The notes beneath the pieces were generated by a model. That model was not told where the DNA came from. It ran no database searches and saw only the letters and a program-made list of their open reading frames with translations. A stretch of DNA of 64,000 bases from Phycisphaerales bacterium (GTDB lineage Bacteria > Planctomycetota > Phycisphaerae > Phycisphaerales > UBA5793): assembly GCA_043101845.1 (NCBI GenBank), contig JBICHN010000011.1:913678-977677 (forward strand), read 5' to 3'. A program made the position numbers and the translations under genes. Of this stretch, positions 48,570 through 58,471 are shown one piece after another (position 1 is the stretch's first letter; every line of letters starts with the position of its first letter).

Positions 48570-48727
48570 TACTGAGATGTGGGCGCCCGTATGGCGTTCG
48601 ATGCTCGCCGCCCGATCACCCGTCGGGCGAGCTTGAAGGTCGAGTCATTCGCGCGGCCACCTGAATCGCGCCGGCGCCTTGCGTCGTCGCCCCCGGCACT
48701 TTCATCACGAATCACAAGAGGTTAATC

Positions 48728-51700
48728 ATGCCTGGTGTTCCCGTAGTGGGGCCATTGATGGCGAAGCTGTTCGGCACGCGAAACGAACGCCTCGTCAAGA
48801 AGTACCTCGGCCGCGTTGAAGAGATCAACGCGCTCGAGCCCGAACTGCGCAAGCTTTCCGATGCGGAGTTGCGCGCGAAGACGAGTGAATTTCAGGAGCG
48901 ATACCGGAACGGTGAGTCGGAGAACGATCTCATCGTCGAGGTCTTCGCCGTGGCTCGGGAGGTCATGGACCGCGCGGTCGGGATACGCAATATCTTCGAT
49001 CCGACGCTCGAATTCGACCCGTCCATCCTTCCCGACGATGCGCGACGCCTGTACGACGAGACGAAGGCGAAGATCGCCGAGACTCCCGACGCCGAGCCGG
49101 CGGGTGAACTCATCGGCAACACCGAGCTCGTCCCCGCGTGGAAACTCGTCGACATTCCCACCCGGCTCCACGACGCGATTCGTGAGCTCTACCCCGAATC
49201 GAAGCCGCCATTTCGATCCCGCCCGTTCGATGTGCAGCTGGTGGGCGGGATTGTGCTCGCGGACCATAAGTACGACCGCGTGCGGTCCGCGGCCCAGGCC
49301 CGGAATGTCTACTTCGGCGCCATCGCCGAAATGAAGACCGGTGAAGGTAAGACGATCGTCGCGCCCCTCGCGAGTTATCTCCACGCGATCGCGAACCGTC
49401 AGATTCATGTCGTGACGGTGAACTCCTATCTCGTTCGCCGCGACCGCTACTGGACCTTTCCCTTCTTCTACCACCTCGGCCTGACGGTGGGGTACATCGC
49501 GCCAATGCACGAGATGCCCGAACCGTTCAAGAAGGCGGCGTACCGCTGCCATGTCGTGTACGGAACCACGAGTGAATTCGGCTTTGACTACCTGCGCGAC
49601 AACATGAAGCTTCGAGTCGAGGATCAGGTGCAGAAGCGTCGCGATTTCGCGATCGTCGACGAGGTCGACTCCACCCTGATCGACGAGGCGCGGACTCCGC
49701 TCATCATTTCGGGCCCCGCGCACGAGGAGGCGCCGCGATACCATGTCGCCGACAAGCTCGCGCGACATCTCGTCGAGAAGCAGCGGCCCTGGAACGAGGC
49801 GAACAAGCGGGTGGAGACGGCCAAGATGCGCATCAAGGGCATCGAAGGCGACATCCGCAACGCGCGCGACAAATCGAAGGTTCCCCAGCTGCGCGAGGAA
49901 CTCGAGAGACTTCAGAACGAACTGCCGCAACTCGAGGACGCGCGCGATCGCCACATCAAGTACTACGACCTCGAGATGGACAAGAAACAGGTCCATCTCG
50001 AGCACGAAGGCGTCACTGAAGCCCAGAAGGTGGCGGACATCGGGTCGTTCTATGTCGGCGACAACATTGACATGCCACACCTCCTCGAGCAGGCGTTGCG
50101 CGGTCACACGGTCTACGAACGGGATCGCGACTATGTCGTCAAGGATGGTCAAGTCGTCATCGTGGACCAGTTCACCGGCCGCCTCATGGTCGGTCGTCAG
50201 TGGTCCGACGGCCTGCACCAGGCGGTCGAGGCGAAAGAGGGCGTAGAGATCAAGCCCGAAACGCAGACCATGGCGACGATCACCATCCAGAACTTCTTCA
50301 AGCTCTATGAACGCCTCAGCGGCATGACCGGCACGGCGGATACGGAGGCGCAGGAATTTCACGACATCTACCACATGGATGTCGTCGTCATCCCGACGAA
50401 TCTCCCCGTGATCCGCAACGACTTCAACGACCGCGTCTACCTGAGCGAGAAGGACAAGTGGAATGCGATCGTCGAGGAGATCAAGAATTTCCACGATCTC
50501 GGCCGTCCGGTTCTCGTCGGGACGACTTCCGTCGAGAAGTCGGAGATGCTCAGTCAGCGACTGACGAAGAAGTACGGCATTCAGCATGAAGTCCTCAACG
50601 CGAAGCAGCACGAGCGTGAAGCCCACATGATCGAAAGCGCTGGTGTGCTCGGCGCCGTCATGATCGCCACGAACATGGCCGGTCGTGGAACCGACATCAA
50701 ACTGCGTTCGGTGAATCGGGAAGACCTGATCAACCACTGGAAGCGACGGGCCCTGTGTCCGCGCCAGGTTGAGCCGTCCATGTCGGACGAGGAGATCATT
50801 CAGGCGATCTATCGCTACCTCGCGGAGAAGCGCCTCGGAATGAAGAAGGCCGAAGTCGAAGCGCTGTCGGACGAGGAAGTGCAGCGTCGCCTGCTCTCGG
50901 CCTGGGCCCTCGAGTACACCTATCTCGAGCAGAAGGCGATCGACAAGATGTCGAACGATGAGCTGCGCGAGGAACTCGACGAGGGGGGCAACTTCCTCCT
51001 GCATCGGCTTGAGATGTGGAAGTCGACCGAGGCACTCGGCGGTCTCCATGTCATCGGAACCGAGCGGCATGAGTCACGCCGGATCGACAACCAGCTTCGC
51101 GGTCGTTCGGGCCGTCAGGGCGACAATGGTTCGACGCGGTTCTTCATCAGTCTCGAAGATGACCTCATGCAGATGTTCGCCGGTGAGACGACGATGCGTG
51201 TGCTCAGCCGGCTCGGCATGAAGGAAGGCGACGCCATCGAGCATCCCATGCTCACCCGCGCCGTCGAGCGGGCGCAGCGCAAGGTCGAGGAGCGCAACTT
51301 CGAGATTCGCAAGAACATTCTCGAATACGACGAAGTGATGGATCACCAGCGACTAAGTTTCTACGGCCGTCGGCAGCGCATTCTCGAAGGTCGCGGGCTA
51401 CGCGAGATTGTGCTCGAGTACATCGAAGAGGCGATCGATGATGCGGTCGACCGCTTCATGGCGCCCGACTTCGTTTCATCATGCATCGGCGAGTGGGTGC
51501 AGACGAACCTCGATGTGTCGATCGAGCCCGACCGGCTGCGGATGAAGGATCGTGATGATCTCTTCGAACGGATCCGTCGGGACGCGAACGCCGATCAGCT
51601 TCAGGCGATTGGGGTGACGATCGGCGAGTTCATGAACGACGATACCGATCCGATCGACTGGGATGTCAAGGGTCTCGTCTCGTGGGCTCGTTCTCGTTAC

Positions 51701-52888
51701 GGCGTCGAGCTTCGCGCGAGCGAAGTCCGGGAGATGAACTCCGCCCAGGTCACCGAGATTATCGCGGAGGCGGCGCGCGAGCGGACGAGCGCGGTCGACC
51801 TCACGCCCCTCGATCAATACCTCGCCGATCATTACGGCGCGCAGGAACTCGTCGATTGGGCGAACGGCAAGTTTCTTCTCAATCTCGACCTCGAAGACAT
51901 CGTCAAGTTCGAGACGAACGACGAAGTCCGCGAGTTCCTGTTCGACAAGGCACGAGAGGCCTATCTCGATCGCGAAGTTCGGTATCCCGTCGATTACGCG
52001 ATCGACATGACGATGGCCATCATGGCGCAGGATCCCCAGGCGGCGCTCGATCAACTCGCACAGTTCGCCCGCCGAAAATATGGTCTCGACTGGGACGCGA
52101 GCTACCTGCGCATCAACACGCCTCAGCAATATCGTGAGGAACTCCTCGACGAGTCGAGAAAGTGGGCGACCGGCAGAGTTGACGAGGTGGTGGATGAGGC
52201 GCTCCGAGACTATCCCGATGATGAGTCTCTCGACGCGTGGCTTCAGGAGCGGTTCGGCATGCGTCTCCGAGACCTCGATCGAAACCGGGAAGGCGATGAG
52301 CGTCGACAGATGCTTCACCACCGGGTCGAACAATTCTCCCGCAGCGAACTCAATCAGTTCGAGCGGTTCGTGCTGCTCCAAATTCTGGATCAGTCGTGGA
52401 AGGACCACCTCTACTTCATGGATCAACTGCGAAGTTCGGTGAGCTTCCGGGCGTTTGCGCAGCAGGACCCTCGTATCGAATACCGTCGCGAAGGCCGCCG
52501 TCTCTTCGACCGGATGCACGAGACGATCCGGGACAAGGTGACCGATCTCATCTTCAAGGCGAAGCTCACGCCGAGCTACCAGCCGCGCAGCGTGTACCGA
52601 TCGGCCCGTGAAGTCGCGCCGCCGCCGCAGGACACCGGCGTACATGCGCCGACGGCGGCGGGTGGCGCTGGCGCAGCTGCGGCGACGGCCAGCGCCGACG
52701 CGTCCCCGGCGGGAGCGCGACAGCCCGAACCGTCGGCGCCGTCGGCCCCGGAGCCTGAACCGGTGGGGGCCGGCGCCCGCGCGTCGGGCTCGTCGTCTTC
52801 GTCGAGATCCGAGAGTCGATCGAAGCCGAAGGGGTCCAAGCGCACGCAGTCGCCGAAGAAGGGCAAACGGAACAAGAAGAGTCGCTGA
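48728..52888 (+). CDS. secA: Preprotein translocase ATPase SecA, enlarged (1386 aa)
   Basis: FGTRNER, EMKTGEGKT, DEVDS.LIDEARTPLIISG, GMTGTA, NMAGRGTDI, GTERHESRRIDNQLRGRSGRQGD, QQDPRIEY. Confidence 0.97.
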   Translation: MPGVPVVGPLMAKLFGTRNERLVKKYLGRVEEINALEPELRKLSDAELRAKTSEFQERYRNGESENDLIVEVFAVAREVMDRAVGIRNIFDPTLEFDPSILPDDARRLYDETKAKIAETPDAEPAGELIGNTELVPAWKLVDIPTRLHDAIRELYPESKPPFRSRPFDVQLVGGIVLADHKYDRVRSAAQARNVYFGAIAEMKTGEGKTIVAPLASYLHAIANRQIHVVTVNSYLVRRDRYWTFPFFYHLGLTVGYIAPMHEMPEPFKKAAYRCHVVYGTTSEFGFDYLRDNMKLRVEDQVQKRRDFAIVDEVDSTLIDEARTPLIISGPAHEEAPRYHVADKLARHLVEKQRPWNEANKRVETAKMRIKGIEGDIRNARDKSKVPQLREELERLQNELPQLEDARDRHIKYYDLEMDKKQVHLEHEGVTEAQKVADIGSFYVGDNIDMPHLLEQALRGHTVYERDRDYVVKDGQVVIVDQFTGRLMVGRQWSDGLHQAVEAKEGVEIKPETQTMATITIQNFFKLYERLSGMTGTADTEAQEFHDIYHMDVVVIPTNLPVIRNDFNDRVYLSEKDKWNAIVEEIKNFHDLGRPVLVGTTSVEKSEMLSQRLTKKYGIQHEVLNAKQHEREAHMIESAGVLGAVMIATNMAGRGTDIKLRSVNREDLINHWKRRALCPRQVEPSMSDEEIIQAIYRYLAEKRLGMKKAEVEALSDEEVQRRLLSAWALEYTYLEQKAIDKMSNDELREELDEGGNFLLHRLEMWKSTEALGGLHVIGTERHESRRIDNQLRGRSGRQGDNGSTRFFISLEDDLMQMFAGETTMRVLSRLGMKEGDAIEHPMLTRAVERAQRKVEERNFEIRKNILEYDEVMDHQRLSFYGRRQRILEGRGLREIVLEYIEEAIDDAVDRFMAPDFVSSCIGEWVQTNLDVSIEPDRLRMKDRDDLFERIRRDANADQLQAIGVTIGEFMNDDTDPIDWDVKGLVSWARSRYGVELRASEVREMNSAQVTEIIAEAARERTSAVDLTPLDQYLADHYGAQELVDWANGKFLLNLDLEDIVKFETNDEVREFLFDKAREAYLDREVRYPVDYAIDMTMAIMAQDPQAALDQLAQFARRKYGLDWDASYLRINTPQQYREELLDESRKWATGRVDEVVDEALRDYPDDESLDAWLQERFGMRLRDLDRNREGDERRQMLHHRVEQFSRSELNQFERFVLLQILDQSWKDHLYFMDQLRSSVSFRAFAQQDPRIEYRREGRRLFDRMHETIRDKVTDLIFKAKLTPSYQPRSVYRSAREVAPPPQDTGVHAPTAAGGAGAAAATASADASPAGARQPEPSAPSAPEPEPVGAGARASGSSSSSRSESRSKPKGSKRTQSPKKGKRNKKSR

Positions 52889-52930
52889 CGCGGTTCTCGA
52901 CGGCGTCTGCGACTCGAGACTGACGCCCGG

Positions 52931-52968
52931 GCGGCCGGCGCGCGATCAGCGCGTCGGCCGCTTATCAT
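52931..52968 (+). terminator. Probable intrinsic terminator of secA
   Basis: GCGGCCGGCGCGC-GATCA-GCGCGTCGGCCGC (13-bp stem with one G.U) followed by TTATCAT, which doubles as the lgt -10. Confidence 0.5.
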
Positions 52969-52974
52969 GCCTCC

Positions 52975-54066
52975 ATGCTTCTGCTGCTCGCCGATTATCT
53001 CCATCGACTCGACCCGTTCGCCATTCAGTTCAGCGAGTCGTTCGGCGTGCGGTGGTACGGTCTCGCGTACGCCGCAGGATTCCTTGTCGCGTATCTGCTC
53101 GGTCGCGAATTGGCGCGACGCCGACTCTTCGCCGTTCATCCGGACGCGGTAGGTGATTACCTCATGGCCGGAATCATCGGCGTGCTCGCCGGCGGCCGGC
53201 TCGGCTATGTCCTGTTCTACAACCCGAGCGCGATCTGGACTTTTTCCGACTCGTTTCCCTTCTGGGAAGTCCTCGCGGTGAATCGCGGCGGCATGGCGAG
53301 CCACGGCGGCATGATCGGTGTCATCCTCGCGGTCGTCTGGTTCGCCCGGCGTGAGCGTCTCCCCATTGCGCACATCTGGGATGTGTCAGCGCTGCTCACA
53401 CCGTTTGGACTGTTCTTCGGTCGGCTCGCCAATTTCGTGAACGGCGAGCTTCGTGGAAAGCCGGCCGGCGCCGACTTTCCGCTCGCGGTGAGGTTTCCGC
53501 AGGAGATTCGCGAAGACTGGGGAGTCGCCGAGATGCGTCGGCTCGACGAGATCGCGGGCGACGCAGGATTTACGACCACCGACTGGACCCGCACGCTCGA
53601 TCAGGCGGCGGCGGGCGATCCGATGGCCTACGACTCCTATCTCGCGATGAAGGAGCGCATCATCGATCTCCTTCAATCCGGATCGCCCGAGGTCACCGCT
53701 GCGGTCGAGCCCCTGATCACGCCGCGGCACCCATCGCAACTCTATCAGGCGCTCGCCGAAGGGATCATCCTCGCAACGGCGCTCTGGTTGATCTTCCTCG
53801 TCGCGAAGCCGAAACGATCCGGATGGATCGGAGTGGGGTTCATGCTCATCTACGGCGCCCTTCGAGTCGTGACCGAAATCTGGCGCACGCCCGATGAAGG
53901 CGTGGCTCTCGTCGCCGGACTGAGCCGCGGCCAGCAACTCAGCGCCGTCATGCTGCTGGTCGGCCTCGTCTACACCGCTTACATTCTCTGGAGGCCGAGC
54001 CCTTCACCATGGGCCGAGCCGCCGTTGAGGAGTTCGCGTGAAGCATCCATGCCGACGACATCGTGA
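52975..54066 (+). CDS. lgt: Prolipoprotein diacylglyceryl transferase
   Basis: VRWYGLAY, GGMASHGG, GRLANFVNGE, RHPSQLY; TATCAT lies 6 nt before the ATG. Confidence 0.95.
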   Translation: MLLLLADYLHRLDPFAIQFSESFGVRWYGLAYAAGFLVAYLLGRELARRRLFAVHPDAVGDYLMAGIIGVLAGGRLGYVLFYNPSAIWTFSDSFPFWEVLAVNRGGMASHGGMIGVILAVVWFARRERLPIAHIWDVSALLTPFGLFFGRLANFVNGELRGKPAGADFPLAVRFPQEIREDWGVAEMRRLDEIAGDAGFTTTDWTRTLDQAAAGDPMAYDSYLAMKERIIDLLQSGSPEVTAAVEPLITPRHPSQLYQALAEGIILATALWLIFLVAKPKRSGWIGVGFMLIYGALRVVTEIWRTPDEGVALVAGLSRGQQLSAVMLLVGLVYTAYILWRPSPSPWAEPPLRSSREASMPTTS

Positions 54067-55087
54067 CCAGTGGGTGGCGCCGGCGTCGTTGATGATTGCG
54101 GCGATCTTCTTCGTCGCGTGCGAGGATGACGCGGCAGGTCCGTCGAATCAAGAAGCGCCGCGCACGATCGATCCCCACGCGGATCATCATCATGATCAAG
54201 ACGGTCGCAGCGACGGAGAGGCCGAAATCGGCGAATCACAACGCGCCGAGCCGGGGTTTACATTCGTCAGTCATACGACGCCGGCCGACATCGCGGTTCC
54301 CGAAGGGATGGTCTATGTCCCCGGCGGGACCACGCGAATCGGCTACGAGCACGCGACGACCTACGAGCGACCGGTCTTCGAAGCGGAGGTCAAACCGTTC
54401 TTTCTTGACATCCATCCGGTGACCGTCGCCGAGTTCAGCGTCTTCGTCGCGTCGACGGGCTACGAAACCGAAGCCGAGCGCTTTGGCGACGGCGGCGTAT
54501 TTGACCCGAAGACTGGCGGATGGTCGCTCGTGAAAGGCGCCGATTGGCGCCATCCACGCGGCCCCGGGCATCCCGCGGCGCCGGACGATCATCCGGTCAC
54601 GCAGGTCTCATGGAATGACGCGGCGGCCTACGCGAAGTGGGCCGGAAGGCGACTGCCCACCGAAGTCGAATGGGAGCACGCGGCGCGAAACGCGCAGAAC
54701 GGCGGTCCGAAGTACGCCTGGGGTGACGAACTCGTCGTCGACGGCGTTTTCATGGCGAACGCATGGCAGGGTTCATTCCCATCGCAGGACTCCGGCGCCG
54801 ACGGCTATCAGTGGACCGCGCCGGTCGGCCGCACGGGGAAGTCGCCGCTCGGCCTCACGGACATGGGCGGGAATGTCTGGGAGTGGGTCGACGACTGGTT
54901 CCGCTCGTACGCCGATCGGGGGACGCCCTTTACTCCCGACGAGACGAGCGAGAAGGTTCAGCGCGGTGGCTCGTTTCTCTGCGATCCGAAGGTGTGTCAT
55001 GGCTACCGCGTCTCAGCTCGCGCGTTCTCGACGCCGGAGACGAGTCTTGCCCATGTCGGCTTTCGTTGCGCCCGCGATATCAACTGA
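54038..55087 (+). CDS. Formylglycine-generating enzyme (SUMF1) family lipoprotein
   Basis: SD GAGGAG, lipobox FFVAC, HPVTQVSWNDA, RLPTEVEWE, DMGGNVWEW, RGGSFLCDPKVCHGYR. Confidence 0.88.
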   Translation: MKHPCRRHRDQWVAPASLMIAAIFFVACEDDAAGPSNQEAPRTIDPHADHHHDQDGRSDGEAEIGESQRAEPGFTFVSHTTPADIAVPEGMVYVPGGTTRIGYEHATTYERPVFEAEVKPFFLDIHPVTVAEFSVFVASTGYETEAERFGDGGVFDPKTGGWSLVKGADWRHPRGPGHPAAPDDHPVTQVSWNDAAAYAKWAGRRLPTEVEWEHAARNAQNGGPKYAWGDELVVDGVFMANAWQGSFPSQDSGADGYQWTAPVGRTGKSPLGLTDMGGNVWEWVDDWFRSYADRGTPFTPDETSEKVQRGGSFLCDPKVCHGYRVSARAFSTPETSLAHVGFRCARDIN

Positions 55088-55164
55088 AAAGGAACCGCCG
55101 GCGAGGGCGGACCGGGGGAGACGCCGGTATCGACCGGTTCGGCAAGGGGTGGTAGGGTACAGGC

Positions 55165-56283
55165 ATGAACAAGTCCGCCGTAGAAGAGCAGAGCAAGTCC
55201 ACGAAGCGCAAATCGAAGGGTTCGAGCAAGGCTGATTCGCCGCACGATCCCGAGCGTCTTCTCGACCTCGACATCGTCCGCGCGACCGAGAACGCCGCCC
55301 TGTGCGCCTGGAAGTGGTTTGGGAAGGGCGACAAGAACAAGGCCGACTACGCGGCGTCCGACGCGATCCGTGGCATGTTCGAGCTTATCGACTGCAAGGG
55401 TCTCGTTCGGATCGGTGAAGGACGAAAGGACGATGCGCCGGGCATCTTCACCGGCGAGCAGCTTGGCACCTGGCGCGACGGATCGCCCGCCGTGGCGATC
55501 GCGCTCGATCCGGTGGATGGCACGACGCTGACGGCAAAGGGGCTGCCCGGCGCCGTCTCGGTCATTGCGGCGGCGACCTGCGAGCGTCCGGATGAGGATC
55601 CGTCCGATCTCTTCCCGGCGATTCCTTCGTACTACATGGAGAAGATCGCCTACGGCCCGCGCGTCGCGGAAGGTCCCGGCAAGATTCGCATGGACGCCCC
55701 GCTCGAGGAGAACCTCGACATCGTCGCGTTCAAGCTGAAGAAGCGCGTGCGCGACCTCGTCGCCGTCGTGCTCGATCGCCCGCGGCACCAGCACATCATC
55801 GAAACACTGCGCGAATCCGGATGCGGAATCCGACTCATCTCCGACGGAGATGTCGCCGCGGCGATTGCGCCGAGCATGCCGGATTCCGGCGTCGATCTCT
55901 ATCTCGGCATCGGCGGGAGCCCGGAGGCGGTCATCGCCGCAGCGGCGATCAAGTGCCTCGGCGGCGAGCAACTCTGCCGCATGTGGCCCCGCGATGACGC
56001 CGAGCGCGAGCGGCTGCTGACCGAAGACGGTTGCGACGAGGCCGACCTCAAACGGGTGTGGCGCGTGGGTGAGATGGCGAAGGGTGACCGCATCCTCTTC
56101 AGCGCCACCGGAATCAGCGACTCGCCACTGCTCAAAGGTATCCGGTACAACGGACAGCACTGCATCACCGAGTCGATCCTCATGCGCGCCCGCAACCGAA
56201 CCTTCCGCTTCGTCACGGCCTTCCATAATCTCGACACGAAGACCATCCGCCTCGGCAGCACGGGGGAAGAGACGCGAATCTGA
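55165..56283 (+). CDS. glpX: Fructose-1,6-bisphosphatase class II
   Basis: RIGEG, DPVDGT, LISDGDV, GIGGSPEAV; TAGGGT lies 6 nt before the ATG. Confidence 0.93.
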   Translation: MNKSAVEEQSKSTKRKSKGSSKADSPHDPERLLDLDIVRATENAALCAWKWFGKGDKNKADYAASDAIRGMFELIDCKGLVRIGEGRKDDAPGIFTGEQLGTWRDGSPAVAIALDPVDGTTLTAKGLPGAVSVIAAATCERPDEDPSDLFPAIPSYYMEKIAYGPRVAEGPGKIRMDAPLEENLDIVAFKLKKRVRDLVAVVLDRPRHQHIIETLRESGCGIRLISDGDVAAAIAPSMPDSGVDLYLGIGGSPEAVIAAAAIKCLGGEQLCRMWPRDDAERERLLTEDGCDEADLKRVWRVGEMAKGDRILFSATGISDSPLLKGIRYNGQHCITESILMRARNRTFRFVTAFHNLDTKTIRLGSTGEETRI

Positions 56284-56350
56284 GTCGCGGCAGCCTCGTG
56301 GAGGTATGTAGCAGTCGCGATTCGCGGGGAACCACCTCGGCGCGATCACA

Positions 56351-57052
56351 TCACTCCATCGACAGCCCGTCCAACGACGCGAGTCCGAGCGGCTCCTGCG
56401 TAAAGAACGGTTCCGCGGCGTCGACACCGAGACGCGAACCAAAGTAGACCGCCATGCAGTCGATCGCCTCGAGCACCTTCCGGTTCTTCTCGGGCAGAAC
56501 GAACTGAGTGTGGTAAGCCTCAATCGACGCGTGCTTCCGCTCCTCGTACCCGGTGATGTCGATGAGAAAGTTCGGATTGTGCACTTTGCGAAGGTGCATC
56601 GCGTAGTAGAAGAAGAGCCAGCGCGGATAGATCGGCGGGCCCGCCTGGGCCCATGCTTCATTGTCGACTTTGCTCAGCTTCGCCGCAAACCGCGCATCGA
56701 CGACGGCTCGGGTCACGGCAAGATGATCCGGATGGGCATCCTCGAAGTAGGGGGTGAAGACGATCTGCGCCTGATGCGCGCGAATGACGCCGGCGATCGC
56801 GTGCCGCAGTTCGAGCGTGTGCTCGACATAACGGTTCGGAAAGTCGAGCGTCCGCCGCTCGACGCCGAGAATCTCCGCGGCCCGGGCCGCTTCCTTCGCC
56901 CGGGTCTCCGGGTCGCCGTGCGGGGTCGGCTCGCCGTTCGTGATGTCGAGCAGGAGCACCCGATGTCCCTGATCGGCGAGTTTCGCGATCGTCCCGCCCA
57001 TTCCGATTTCCTGGTCGTCCGGATGCGGACCGACGACGAGGACATTGGCCAT
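56351..57052 (-). CDS. bshB1: PIG-L family deacetylase (BshB1-like)
   Basis: GPHPDDQEIGMGG, TNGEPT, RAKEAARAAEILG, HPDH. Confidence 0.85.
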   Translation of the reverse strand: MANVLVVGPHPDDQEIGMGGTIAKLADQGHRVLLLDITNGEPTPHGDPETRAKEAARAAEILGVERRTLDFPNRYVEHTLELRHAIAGVIRAHQAQIVFTPYFEDAHPDHLAVTRAVVDARFAAKLSKVDNEAWAQAGPPIYPRWLFFYYAMHLRKVHNPNFLIDITGYEERKHASIEAYHTQFVLPEKNRKVLEAIDCMAVYFGSRLGVDAAEPFFTQEPLGLASLDGLSME

Positions 57053-57231
57053 GACGCGTGCTCCCGGTTTCGAAGTCGAACGAGGGCGGCATCATAGCGA
57101 CGGTCGGGTCAAGGATGATTCGCCGCGGGGTCGATCAACCCGCCCGTAGAATCGAACCGATAGATGGGAGAACCGGAAGACGGCGGCGCTCGCGGAGCGC
57201 GAGTCGACGGGCGAAAGGGAAAGCAGGGCGG

Positions 57232-58356
57232 ATGTCGAACGATCACCAGCCAGTCAAGCGAATCGGCGTGCTGACCGGGGGCGGCGATTGCCCCGGGCTC
57301 AACGCCGTCATTCGAGCCGTGACCAAGACAGCGATCATGAAGTACGGCGTGCAGGTGTACGGCATCGAGGATGGCTTTCTCGGGCTCGTGCAGAACCGGA
57401 TTCACCCGATTTCGGCGATGGATGTGTCCAACATCCTCACGGTGGGCGGCACGATTCTCGGAACCTCGAACAAGTGCGACCCGCGTCGCTACTACATCGG
57501 CGAGAATGAGAAGGGTGAGCCCGAGTACAAGGATGTCACCGATCGCTGTCTCGACCACATCCGTCACCATCATCTCGACGCGATCATCGTCATCGGCGGC
57601 GACGGCACGATGAGCGTCGCGAAGAACTTCGTCGAGCACGGTGTGAACTGCATCGGTGTCCCGAAGACGATCGACAACGACCTTGTCGGCACGGATATCA
57701 CCTTCGGATTTCAGACGGCGGTCGAGGTCGCGACGCAGGCGCTCGATCGCATTCACACGACTGCGGCGAGCCATCATCGCGCGATGGTGGTCGAGGTCAT
57801 GGGACGCAATGCGGGTTGGATCGCACTGCACGCGGGTGTCGCGTCGGGATCGGACATCATCCTCATCCCCGAAATTCCATTCGACTACGAAGTGATCTGC
57901 GACTTCGTTCGCAACCGGTCAAAGCACGGGAAGCGGTTCTCGATTCTGTGCGTGAGCGAAGGCGCGCGGCCGAAAGGTGGCGAGCAGGTCGTGAATAAGG
58001 TCGACCCGTCAAGCCCCGATCCGATCCGTCTCGGCGGAGTCGGCAAGGTCATCGCCGACGAGGTCGAGCGCTGCACCGGGATCGAATCGCGCACCACCGT
58101 GCTCGGCCATGTCCAGCGGGGCGGCACACCGGTGCACAACGATCGTCTGCTCGCGACCCGCTTCGGGTATCACGCGGCTCAACTCGTCATGTCGGGCGCC
58201 CGGAATCGCCTCGTCGTCATGCACAACCACAAGGTCTCCGATGTGCCGATCCTCGACGCCGCGAACAAGCAGCGTACGGTGGATCCGTCAGACCCGTTGA
58301 TCGAAGCGGCGCGCGCCGTCGGGACCTGCTTCGGCGATTCAGCGGCGGACTGGTGA
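57232..58356 (+). CDS. pfkA: 6-phosphofructokinase (PfkA family)
   Basis: GGDCPGLNAVIRA, GGTILGTS, GGDGT, PKTIDND, EVMGRNAGW, LGHVQRGG. Confidence 0.95.
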   Translation: MSNDHQPVKRIGVLTGGGDCPGLNAVIRAVTKTAIMKYGVQVYGIEDGFLGLVQNRIHPISAMDVSNILTVGGTILGTSNKCDPRRYYIGENEKGEPEYKDVTDRCLDHIRHHHLDAIIVIGGDGTMSVAKNFVEHGVNCIGVPKTIDNDLVGTDITFGFQTAVEVATQALDRIHTTAASHHRAMVVEVMGRNAGWIALHAGVASGSDIILIPEIPFDYEVICDFVRNRSKHGKRFSILCVSEGARPKGGEQVVNKVDPSSPDPIRLGGVGKVIADEVERCTGIESRTTVLGHVQRGGTPVHNDRLLATRFGYHAAQLVMSGARNRLVVMHNHKVSDVPILDAANKQRTVDPSDPLIEAARAVGTCFGDSAADW

Positions 58357-58471
58357 GTTCTCCTACTTCGGTGGACGCCTTCGAATGTTGGTTGTGGGTT
58401 GACCTCCGGATTCGAAAGCCCGATGATGGCATTTTCTATGAACCTGTCATCCGGGAAACGCCGCTCTGAAG

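Noticed and set aside
48722-51070. 782-aa minus-strand ORF (likewise 1955-3181, 19070-20365, 51479-52645, 55003-56661)
   Set aside because: Antisense shadows of well-supported genes, expected at high GC; no family motifs.
48728-52888. Intein or nested cassette explaining SecA length
   Set aside because: The insertions have host-like composition, no splicing motifs and no flanking repeat arrays.
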